The notes beneath the pieces were generated by a model. It did no database searches, had not been told where the DNA came from, and saw nothing but the letters and a program-made list of their open reading frames with translations. From NCBI GenBank assembly GCA_016930475.1, contig JAFGGR010000160.1:1-40871 (forward strand): a DNA stretch of 40,871 nucleotides. Direction: 5' to 3'. Position numbers and translations under genes: made by a program. Positions 33,668-40,871 of the stretch are shown piece by piece. This DNA is from Clostridiales bacterium. GTDB lineage: Bacteria; Bacillota; Clostridia; Saccharofermentanales; Saccharofermentanaceae. Numbering within the stretch: the first letter of the stretch is position 1; every line of letters begins with the position of its first letter.

Positions 33668-35349
33668 GACTTTTCTCCGCCACCTTTTTTCGATTTGGGC
33701 TTCGGTGTATTCGTCGATGATTTACCGGGCTTTCTCGTCTTCGTAGCGTTACCGGCAGACTTCGCGGCATCAGCGTGTGCGGCCTCTGATGCTTTAGCCG
33801 TTTCGGCCGGTGCAACGTCTTTCGAAGCGCTTGCCTGGGCCTTTGCCGGTGACGGCGACGGGATCGCATCCAAGTCTTTCTTCTTTTCACTCAAGTCGAT
33901 CCCAGTAATGAGCGAATAGAGACCCATATACTCTTTCGCGGATCTTGTCCAGGAGTAATCGCCGCTCATTCCGGCTCTTACCAACCCATTCCATACGTTC
34001 TTATGATGACGGTACAGGTCACATGCGTATTTGGTGACAAATAGGAATTCATGCGCGTTGATATTCGCGAACGAAAAACCGTTTCCCTCGCCGGTATACT
34101 CGTTATAAGGCTTCACCGTGTCCTTGAGTCCGCCCGTTTCGCGAACGATCGGAACCGTCCCGTAACGCATCGAAATCATCTGTGACAGCCCGCACGGCTC
34201 GAAAAGTGACGGCATCAGAAAAATGTCGGCTCCGGCATAAAGGAGGTGTGCCAAGTCGTTGTCATAATAAATACATGACTCCATCTTCCCTGAATTTTGT
34301 TTCGCCAGTTCAGCCAGAGTCCTCTCGTAGAAACTGTTTCCAGAACCGAGCACTACGATCTGAATGCCGTCGTAAAGCATTTCTCCGATGACGCGCAGGA
34401 AGAGATCGAGACCCTTCTGATCCACCAGTCTCGTGATCATGACGCACAAGGGAGCACCGGGATTCACATCCAGTTTGAGCTGTTTCTGGATCGCTTCTTT
34501 GCAGACCGCTTTCCCCTTCTCGTATGTTTTAACCGTGTAGGTTTGAGGAAGAAGCCTGTCCGTCTCCGGATCAAATTCGACTTCGTTGATCCCGTTCAGG
34601 ATTCCCGAAACCTTATACGCATAGCGCTGGAGTGTATGATTGAGACCTTCCCCGTAGTAATCGGTCATGATCTCATATGCGTAGGTCGGGGAAACCGTAG
34701 TCACCGAATTCGAGTAAACGATACCGGCCTTCATGAAATTTGCGGCACCGTCTTTGAGTGACAACTCCTCCGTCAGCACATGATCCGGCAGATCAAGCAT
34801 ATCCTTGATCTGTTCGACACCGTGGATCCCCTGATATTTCAGATTATGAACGGTATATACGGTCTTGACGCCGATAAATTTGCCGACCGGACGGTAATGA
34901 ACATCCAGAAGGAGCGGGATCATTCCGCACTGCCAATCATTCAGGTGTAAAACATCGGGCTCATATTGCATGAAATCCCCGATGAATTCGAGCACGGCTC
35001 GTTGAAAAAAGCAAAACCGTTCAATGTCGAAAACATATTCGATGTAAGGTGTATCAAAGTTGAAATAGTACTCATTATCGATAAAGTAATGAATAATTCC
35101 ATCTTTCTCGATCGAGTAAAGTCCCGCGTAAAGGGATCGCCACCCCATTTTTACCATCTTCCAACCGATGAATTGAAGTTGCTTGGCAAACTTTTGTTTG
35201 ATCGGACGATAGAGCGGGATGATGACCCGCGCCTCGCAACGAGTCTTTTCGAGGGCCGGTGGTAATGATCCGATGACATCGGCAAGACCGCCCGTCTTGG
35301 CGAATGGAACGGCTTCAGATGATACGAACAGGACCTTGATTTTCCTCAT
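33664..35349 (-). CDS. glgA: Glycogen synthase (ADP-glucose type) with an extra basic, low-complexity C-terminal tail of about 78 aa
   Basis: The ORF has N-terminal KVLFVSSEAVPFAKTGGLADV and a GT5 core (PSLFEPCGLSQMISMRYGTVPIVRETGGLKDTV). After the usual end (...EYMGLYSLI) it continues with K/A/S/P-rich sequence to 561 aa. Confidence 0.9.
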   Translation of the reverse strand: MRKIKVLFVSSEAVPFAKTGGLADVIGSLPPALEKTRCEARVIIPLYRPIKQKFAKQLQFIGWKMVKMGWRSLYAGLYSIEKDGIIHYFIDNEYYFNFDTPYIEYVFDIERFCFFQRAVLEFIGDFMQYEPDVLHLNDWQCGMIPLLLDVHYRPVGKFIGVKTVYTVHNLKYQGIHGVEQIKDMLDLPDHVLTEELSLKDGAANFMKAGIVYSNSVTTVSPTYAYEIMTDYYGEGLNHTLQRYAYKVSGILNGINEVEFDPETDRLLPQTYTVKTYEKGKAVCKEAIQKQLKLDVNPGAPLCVMITRLVDQKGLDLFLRVIGEMLYDGIQIVVLGSGNSFYERTLAELAKQNSGKMESCIYYDNDLAHLLYAGADIFLMPSLFEPCGLSQMISMRYGTVPIVRETGGLKDTVKPYNEYTGEGNGFSFANINAHEFLFVTKYACDLYRHHKNVWNGLVRAGMSGDYSWTRSAKEYMGLYSLITGIDLSEKKKDLDAIPSPSPAKAQASASKDVAPAETAKASEAAHADAAKSAGNATKTRKPGKSSTNTPKPKSKKGGGEKS

Positions 35350-36455
35350 ACAATTGCCCCCTTGTCGATGACTACGGGATAATCCTTGTGCCCGACCAGT
35401 TGTGTTCCCGGCCGGATCACGGCGTTCTTGTCAAGTATGACATGGTCGAGAACGCAATTATCGGAAATATGAACATCCTGCATGATGACAGCGTTTCTGA
35501 CCACACTGTTCTTGGATACAGTAACTCCCCGAAAAAGAATGGAATTGGAAACCTTGCCCATAATGCGACAACCGTCGGAAACCAATGCGTTCTTTACATC
35601 GCAGGCCTCAAAGTAAAGCGTCGGGGCTTCGTCCTTGACCTTCGTTAAAACCGGGGCACCGGTCCAGAACAAGTCCGAGCGGACCTTATCGTCCAGAAGT
35701 TGCATTGACGCATTGAAGTAAGTTTGAATGTTATTGATGCGCAGGACCAGACCTTTATACTCGTATGCCCGGATCCGCAATGTGTCGAATTTTTTAAGGA
35801 GCGAGTAGATGCCGAAATTGCGGTCTCCGTGCGCCATCATTTCGGCGATCAAATCGATGAGCAGTGTCCTTCTCAAGGTAATGACCCCGATACAGCACTT
35901 GTTGGAATCGGTCTTTTCGGGATTAAAAAGAACATCGGTAATGATCCGTTTCTTATCCGTTTCAAAAATAAAATTCGGCGTGCCGTACTTTGTTCCGTCC
36001 TTGTTGTACATGACCGACATATCCGCACCGCTCTGAACGTGGACGTCAATAAAATCGTTGAAGGTGGTGTTGATGACGATGTTGCTGTTCGCCAAAATGA
36101 CGAATTCGGTCCGATTGGAACGTATAAAGTCCAGAAGTCCGGCCATCTCCTCTCCGTCCTCCGTCGATTTCGATTCCGAGTTGACGTATGGGGGCAGAAT
36201 GTGAAGTCCGAAATTCTTTCGGTCCAAGTCCCAGGATGCTCCTGTTCCCAGATGGTCCATCAGTGACTTATATTTATTGAGCGTCAGTATGCCGACACTC
36301 TTGATGCCGGAATTCACCATACACGAAAGCATATAGTCGATGATCCGATACCTTCCTCCGAAGGGGATCGCCGCCAAAGCCCTCGGTTTTGAGAGTTCGC
36401 CCAGAGAAATTTTGTTATTGTCGGCCAGAATCAGTCCCATTGCATCCAAAAACAT
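35346..36455 (-). CDS. glgD: Glucose-1-phosphate adenylyltransferase, GlgD subunit
   Basis: The 369 aa ORF reads ALAAIPFGGRYRIIDYMLS. It lacks the GGxGxRL motif of GlgC and has left-handed beta-helix C-terminal repeats. It sits directly after glgC. Confidence 0.85.
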   Translation of the reverse strand: MFLDAMGLILADNNKISLGELSKPRALAAIPFGGRYRIIDYMLSCMVNSGIKSVGILTLNKYKSLMDHLGTGASWDLDRKNFGLHILPPYVNSESKSTEDGEEMAGLLDFIRSNRTEFVILANSNIVINTTFNDFIDVHVQSGADMSVMYNKDGTKYGTPNFIFETDKKRIITDVLFNPEKTDSNKCCIGVITLRRTLLIDLIAEMMAHGDRNFGIYSLLKKFDTLRIRAYEYKGLVLRINNIQTYFNASMQLLDDKVRSDLFWTGAPVLTKVKDEAPTLYFEACDVKNALVSDGCRIMGKVSNSILFRGVTVSKNSVVRNAVIMQDVHISDNCVLDHVILDKNAVIRPGTQLVGHKDYPVVIDKGAIV

Positions 36456-36477
36456 CGGTTATTCCTCCTTGTTCCGC

Positions 36478-37737
36478 CTATACCCGGAATGTCTCTTCAA
36501 TGACGTTACTCTCGTCTTTGACATCGAGGTCACAATCCACCTGACTGTTGGCGGGGATTATCGAATGATCCTTGATCTTGAGGCCCTTCTCGATCACAAC
36601 AATACCCTCCGAGCAAATGTGCGTGTTCAAATACGGACTCTCCCCCTCAATCGAGGCACCCGCGCGCACTCCTTTGCCGATGATGGTCCCGAACCCGACG
36701 ATACACTTATCAAGGAACGCCCCGGACTTCACCGTAACTCCCGGAAGGAGCACCGAGTCTTTGACGACGGCCCCCTTTTCGACCGTTACCGAATCGGAAA
36801 GAACACTGTGCAAAACGGTGCCGTAGATCTGGCATCCGTCGGTCATCGCCGACATTGAAACAGTCGCGTCTCCGGATATGTAATTGGAAGGCTTGCTCGG
36901 GTTTCGGCTGTAGATCCTCCAGTTCCGATCGATCAGGTTGATCTCCTCCGGACGGTCCAGAAGGTCCATATTGGACTCCCAGAGGCTGGAGATCGTTCCG
37001 ACGTCCTTCCAATATCCCGAGAATCGATACGCGAAAAGTTTCATGTCATGTGACAGCATCCGGGGCACGATATTCTTGCCGAAATCGTTATCGGAGTCCG
37101 AATCATTCTCGTCCTCGACGAGAACATCTCTCAGGACAGACCATGTGAAGACATAAACGCCCATCGACGCAAGATTACTCTTCGCTTTTTTCGGCTTCTC
37201 GATAAATGAAACGATCGCATCCTTCGGTCCCGTGTTGAGAATACCAAATCTCGATGTCTCCTCCCACGGGACCTCGATCACCGCCAGGGTCGCGTCGGCT
37301 TCCATGTCGATATGTTCACGAATCATTCGCGCGTAATTCATCTTGTAGATATGGTCGCCGGAAAGGACGATCACATACTTTGCGCCGCAATCATCCAAAA
37401 ATTCACGGTTCTGGTAGATCGCGTTGGCGGTGCCCTTGTACCAGTCGCTTTTTCCGGAGCGCAGGTACGGAGGGAGAATAAATGCTCCTCCGTTATTGCG
37501 GTCCAGGTCCCATGGGTGCCCGTTACCGACATAAGTGTTGAGTGCGAGGGGCTGATACTGAGAAAGGACACCGACTGTTTCAATTCCGGAATTGGAGCAG
37601 TTTGACAGTGGAAAATCGATGATCCTGTAACGGCTTCCGAACGGCACGGCCGGCTTCGCAATGTTTTTGGTCAAGACACCCAGTCTGGAGCCCTGTCCTC
37701 CGGCAAGAATCATTGCTACGATCTCCGCTTTTGCCAT
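36478..37737 (-). CDS. glgC: Glucose-1-phosphate adenylyltransferase
   Basis: The 419 aa ORF reads [50 protein letters not shown] and LSGDHIYKM. Confidence 0.95.
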   Translation of the reverse strand: MAKAEIVAMILAGGQGSRLGVLTKNIAKPAVPFGSRYRIIDFPLSNCSNSGIETVGVLSQYQPLALNTYVGNGHPWDLDRNNGGAFILPPYLRSGKSDWYKGTANAIYQNREFLDDCGAKYVIVLSGDHIYKMNYARMIREHIDMEADATLAVIEVPWEETSRFGILNTGPKDAIVSFIEKPKKAKSNLASMGVYVFTWSVLRDVLVEDENDSDSDNDFGKNIVPRMLSHDMKLFAYRFSGYWKDVGTISSLWESNMDLLDRPEEINLIDRNWRIYSRNPSKPSNYISGDATVSMSAMTDGCQIYGTVLHSVLSDSVTVEKGAVVKDSVLLPGVTVKSGAFLDKCIVGFGTIIGKGVRAGASIEGESPYLNTHICSEGIVVIEKGLKIKDHSIIPANSQVDCDLDVKDESNVIEETFRV

Positions 37738-37793
37738 GTTGTTACCTCCGATTTATCATATCGCTATATATCTTTGATCCGTTTGCTCCGATG

Positions 37794-39671
37794 CTACGAT
37801 GACTTCTGAATATAAATGCCGGCCAAAGGCGGAAGATTGATTTCCAAATAGCAGGGCTTTCCCTTCCACTCGGATTCGATCGCGCAGAATTCTTCCTCAC
37901 CGTCATCGTTTGTCGGGTATCCGCTTCCGCCGTAGCAGGCTTGGTCCGAATTCAGGACGACCCTGTATCGTCCGGGCTCGGCGACCGGAATACGGTACCG
38001 TACAAGCGGTACAGGGATCATATTCAGCGCGATGTAAAGATCCCGGTCTTCCGCCTCGCCCTTCCGGCGAAAAATAAAGACGGAGTTGTCCCGGTCAGAA
38101 ATATCGACCCATTCAAACCCATCCCAGGATCGGTCACGGATCCACATCGAACGCTCCGAAATATAGAAGCGGTTCAGTTCGGCAGAAAACTCCCTGAGTA
38201 ATTTGTGAGCATCGTAATTGAGCATGAACCACTCCAGCTGTTCGTAGAATCGCCACTCGATAAACGGCGCGAATTCCGAACCCATAAACAGCAGTTTGGC
38301 TCCGGGATGAGCCATCATATACATGAAAAGCGTCCTTAAGGAAGCAAATTTCCGCCAGATGTCGCCCGGCATCTTGTCAAGTAGGCTCCTTTTCCCGTGA
38401 ACGACCTCATCGTGAGACAGACAAAGGATAAAATTCTCGGAAAAGGCATAGACCATCGAAAAACAAAACTGATCGTGATGCCAGATCCGCGCGTATGAGT
38501 CGGTCTCGAAATAATCCAGCGTGTCGTGCATCCAACCCATGTTCCACTTGTGGGTAAAGCCCAGTCCTCCTTCGGAGGCCGGATGTGTCACCTTCGCCCA
38601 AGAGGTGGATTCCTCGGCAATCATCATCACGTGAGGATAGTGTTCTCGAATAACGGAGTTGAGCTGACGAATAAAATCGACGGCCTCTAAATTGTCGACT
38701 CCGCCGTTCACGTTCAGAATAAAGTCCGTGCGTCCGTAATTTCGGTATATCATACTGGAGACCGCGTCCACGCGAATGCCGTCCACATGAAACTCATGGA
38801 TCCAGAACACCGCGTTGGAAATCAGAAAAGAGCGGACCTCAGACTTATCGTAATCAAAAACATACGTCCCCCACTCCCGATGCTCCCCGATCCTCGGATC
38901 CTCATATTCAAAGCAGGGTGATCCGTCAAATCGCACCAGTCCTTCCAGATTTTTCGGGAAATGAGCGGGGACCCAGTCGAGGATCACTGCTATACCGTTA
39001 AGGTGGAGATGGTCGACAAAAAACTTGAAGTCCGCGGGCGTTCCGAAACGGCTCGTCACCGCATAATACCCGGTGATCTGATATCCCCACGAATCGTCGA
39101 GCGGGTGTTCCATCACCGGCATCAGTTCGACGTGTGTATATCCCATCTCGTTACAGTAGTCCGCCAGATCTCCCGCGATTTCACGATAGGTCATGAAATT
39201 GCCGTCGGCATGTCTTCGCCAGGATCCCAGATGCATCTCGTATATATTAATCGGTCTTGCGGTCAGCGCGTCAACACGTTCGGAACAATACTTCTCGTCT
39301 CCCCATTCGTAATCATCCGGATCATACAGAATCGAAGCATCCCTGGGGCGGGTCTCAAAATGTCGCGCAAAAGGATCGCCCTTCATGTACACCCTGCCGT
39401 CGGCGCCGGTGATCCGGTACTTATATCGGTCCCATTGCTTTGCACCGTCCGCCATTCCGGTCCATATCCCGGTATTTTCGTTCTTGATAAGGGGATTATG
39501 GTCATCGGACCAATCGTTAAAATCGCCGGTGACACTTACTGCTCTCGCCCGTGGGGCCCAAACGGCAAACCGGTAACCCGTCACCTCTTTGCCCTCGAAA
39601 ACGGGGAAGGAGCCCAAATAGTTGTAGCTCCGGTGGTTATTTCCGGTATTGAACAGATACCCTAAATCCAT
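37794..39671 (-). CDS. glgB: 1,4-alpha-glucan branching enzyme
   Basis: The 625 aa ORF has a CBM48-like N-terminus (YRFAVWAPRARAVSVTGDFNDW). The GH13 motifs are ILDWVPAHF, GIRVDAVSSM, IAEEST and SHDE. Confidence 0.95.
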   Translation of the reverse strand: MDLGYLFNTGNNHRSYNYLGSFPVFEGKEVTGYRFAVWAPRARAVSVTGDFNDWSDDHNPLIKNENTGIWTGMADGAKQWDRYKYRITGADGRVYMKGDPFARHFETRPRDASILYDPDDYEWGDEKYCSERVDALTARPINIYEMHLGSWRRHADGNFMTYREIAGDLADYCNEMGYTHVELMPVMEHPLDDSWGYQITGYYAVTSRFGTPADFKFFVDHLHLNGIAVILDWVPAHFPKNLEGLVRFDGSPCFEYEDPRIGEHREWGTYVFDYDKSEVRSFLISNAVFWIHEFHVDGIRVDAVSSMIYRNYGRTDFILNVNGGVDNLEAVDFIRQLNSVIREHYPHVMMIAEESTSWAKVTHPASEGGLGFTHKWNMGWMHDTLDYFETDSYARIWHHDQFCFSMVYAFSENFILCLSHDEVVHGKRSLLDKMPGDIWRKFASLRTLFMYMMAHPGAKLLFMGSEFAPFIEWRFYEQLEWFMLNYDAHKLLREFSAELNRFYISERSMWIRDRSWDGFEWVDISDRDNSVFIFRRKGEAEDRDLYIALNMIPVPLVRYRIPVAEPGRYRVVLNSDQACYGGSGYPTNDDGEEEFCAIESEWKGKPCYLEINLPPLAGIYIQKSS

Positions 39672-39736
39672 TTGCCCACCGCGGCTTGACGCCGCATTCC
39701 TCTCCGGTCGAAAAAATCTCTCGGCCGTATGTAATA

Positions 39737-39764
39737 ATTATACCCGATTCGCCGGTCATAACAA
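39737..39764 (-). promoter_or_regulatory. Candidate promoter of the glg operon
   Basis: The minus strand reads TTGTTA, a 16 nt spacer, then TATAAT. The -10 ends about 65 nt upstream of the glgB ATG. Confidence 0.5.
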
Positions 39765-39775
39765 GAACAGACCAT

Positions 39776-39800
39776 AAAAAAGAGACCCATACGGGTCTCT
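39776..39800 (-). terminator. Intrinsic terminator of the upstream 2-oxoacid oxidoreductase operon
   Basis: The minus strand reads AGAGACCC-GTAT-GGGTCTCT followed by TTTTT. It lies 70 nt after the gamma-subunit stop. Confidence 0.75.
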
Positions 39801-39870
39801 CAGTCCATGTTACTTTGGTTAAAATCTGCCATCCGGGTAAAAAACCGATCACCCCGGCTGAAGCCCTCTG

Positions 39871-40410
39871 TCACTTCGCAAAGTTCGCACCCCGGTCAAA
39901 AGCGCGAAGGTTATCCGGGATCATGTGGTGCCTGCGCTCCGGAAGAACATCGCGGAGAGCCGTCTCGAAGGACTCTTTCCGAAAACAGCCGGACGCGGCC
40001 GACAGGCATCCCAGAAGAACGATTGTCGCGTACGCCATGTTTCCGAGCTCACTGGCGATCGTCGAAGCTTCGATCGGAAAAAATCGGATGCCCTCGGGCA
40101 CTTCAGCGGACTTCACCAGCGAGGAGTCAATAATGATGATCCCGCCCGGCTTCACGATTTTTTTGAATTTTTCGAAGGAGGGCAGATTCAAAGCGATCAG
40201 GACATCCGCATCGTTGATGACCGGCGAACCGATCGCCTCGTCGGAAATAACGACGGAACAATTGGCGGTTCCGCCCCTCATCTCGGGACCGTAGGACGGA
40301 AACCACGAAACCTCTTTGCCTTCGATCAGTGCCGCCTCAGCGGCCATTTTCCCCGCGGATAAAATTCCCTGTCCGCCGAATCCGGCCAGAATGATGGAAT
40401 AATCAATCAT
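39871..40410 (-). CDS. 2-oxoacid:ferredoxin oxidoreductase, gamma subunit
   Basis: The 179 aa ORF reads IILAGFGGQGILSAGKM...SYGPEMRGGTANCSVVIS, a POR gamma domain. Confidence 0.85.
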   Translation of the reverse strand: MIDYSIILAGFGGQGILSAGKMAAEAALIEGKEVSWFPSYGPEMRGGTANCSVVISDEAIGSPVINDADVLIALNLPSFEKFKKIVKPGGIIIIDSSLVKSAEVPEGIRFFPIEASTIASELGNMAYATIVLLGCLSAASGCFRKESFETALRDVLPERRHHMIPDNLRAFDRGANFAK

Positions 40411-40413
40411 ATA

Positions 40414-40871
40414 CTAAACCTCCAGATCCTTTCCCTTAAAAACGCCGAGCGGATACTGCGGGATCATATTCTCCCTGATCCACTGAAGCGAGTCGACCGG
40501 ATCCTTGCCCCAGTTTGTCGGGCAGGTCGACAGGAATTCCACAAACGCGAATCCCAGCCCCTGCTGCTGAACACGGAAAGCCTTGGTAATCGCTTTCTTT
40601 GCCTGTTGAATGCTCTTAAAATCTACGACGGTCACGCGCTCGACATAGACCGCGCCCTGAAGCGTCGAGAGCATCTCGCTCATATTGATCGGGTAGCCCT
40701 GAAGGTTCGCGTCGCGCCCGAACGGCGACGTGGTCGTCACCTGCCCGAGAAGCGACGTCGGTGCCATCTGACCGCTGGTCATCCCGTACACCGCGTTATT
40801 TACGAAGAATGCGCATATCTTCTCTCCCCTTGCCGCGGCGTGAACGATCTCCGCCGTTCCGATCGAGGCCA
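40414..40871 (-). CDS. 2-oxoacid:ferredoxin oxidoreductase, beta (TPP-binding) subunit; C-terminal part only, N-terminus beyond the right edge
   Basis: The frame stays open to the window end and reads ...ASIGTAEIVHAAARGEKICAFFVNNAVYGMTSGQMAPTS... (TPP-binding NNxxYGMTxGQ motif) ...CPTNWG... It ends 3 nt before the gamma subunit start. Confidence 0.85.
   Translation of the reverse strand, partial: ASIGTAEIVHAAARGEKICAFFVNNAVYGMTSGQMAPTSLLGQVTTTSPFGRDANLQGYPINMSEMLSTLQGAVYVERVTVVDFKSIQQAKKAITKAFRVQQQGLGFAFVEFLSTCPTNWGKDPVDSLQWIRENMIPQYPLGVFKGKDLEV

Noticed and set aside
33107-33919. 270 aa + ORF spanning the GH13/glgA junction
   Set aside because: It is antisense to both genes, extremely Arg-rich, and has no RBS.
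38961-39665. 234 aa + ORF inside glgB, and the 202 aa + ORF at 39686..40294
   Set aside because: They are antisense to glgB and to the oxidoreductase gamma subunit respectively. They have no motifs. The second would also run through a terminator hairpin that belongs to the other strand.
1-40871. Search for CRISPR arrays, defence islands, toxin-antitoxin pairs, prophage or IS elements
   Set aside because: There are no spaced direct repeats. There are no nuclease, helicase, methylase, integrase, transposase or capsid-like ORFs. There are no small adjacent ORF pairs of TA type. The only repeats found are the 36 bp tandem duplication and the tRNA-Leu palindrome.

Overview
This is a 40.9 kb chromosomal segment. 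By gene content it comes from a Firmicutes/Clostridia-type anaerobe: glgD, sepF-ylmE, a YesM/YesN pair, hemZ and coaW are all present. GC looks mid-50s % by eye. I support about 36 protein genes (three of them disrupted) and two tRNAs. From about 12.4 kb to the right edge (and at 1..2964 and 9296..10252) the genes run on the minus strand, often with 1-4 nt overlaps; 3.2-9.3 kb and 10.4-12.3 kb are plus-strand.

Left to right:
- A binding-protein / YesM-like kinase / YesN-like regulator module, divergent from a YtfQRT-YjfF-type (galactofuranose-type) ABC importer.
- A frameshifted small gene, a GNAT gene, and an Amidase_3 homologue whose catalytic residues appear substituted.
- glf plus a short GT2 gene.
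- DUF47-PiT phosphate transport behind tRNA-Pro.
- hemZ, DUF3810, DUF1624, coaW, sepF, yggS, an orphan HlyD-like protein, and a YnbB-like PLP enzyme.
- An ACT-iorBA-paaK-SSS permease arylacetate/arylpyruvate cluster.
- A roughly 1 kb decayed patch next to tRNA-Leu: a GNAT with an in-frame TGA, a DMT transporter stump and an 86 nt hairpin.
- A double zinc-ribbon membrane protein.
- The glycogen operon glgB-C-D-A-GH13.
- The end of a 2-oxoacid:ferredoxin oxidoreductase operon.

I see no CRISPR array, transposase, integrase, phage gene or recognisable defence or toxin-antitoxin module. I cannot point to a clearly novel multi-gene system. The best candidates for a second look are:
1. The paralogous-SBP three-component sensor coupled to a Galf-type importer.
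2. The SSS-paaK-iorAB-ACT unit read as an arylacetate salvage pathway.
3. The catalytically degenerate amidase homologue.
4. The decay patch and giant hairpin at tRNA-Leu.

All family assignments come from reading motifs by eye, not from searches.
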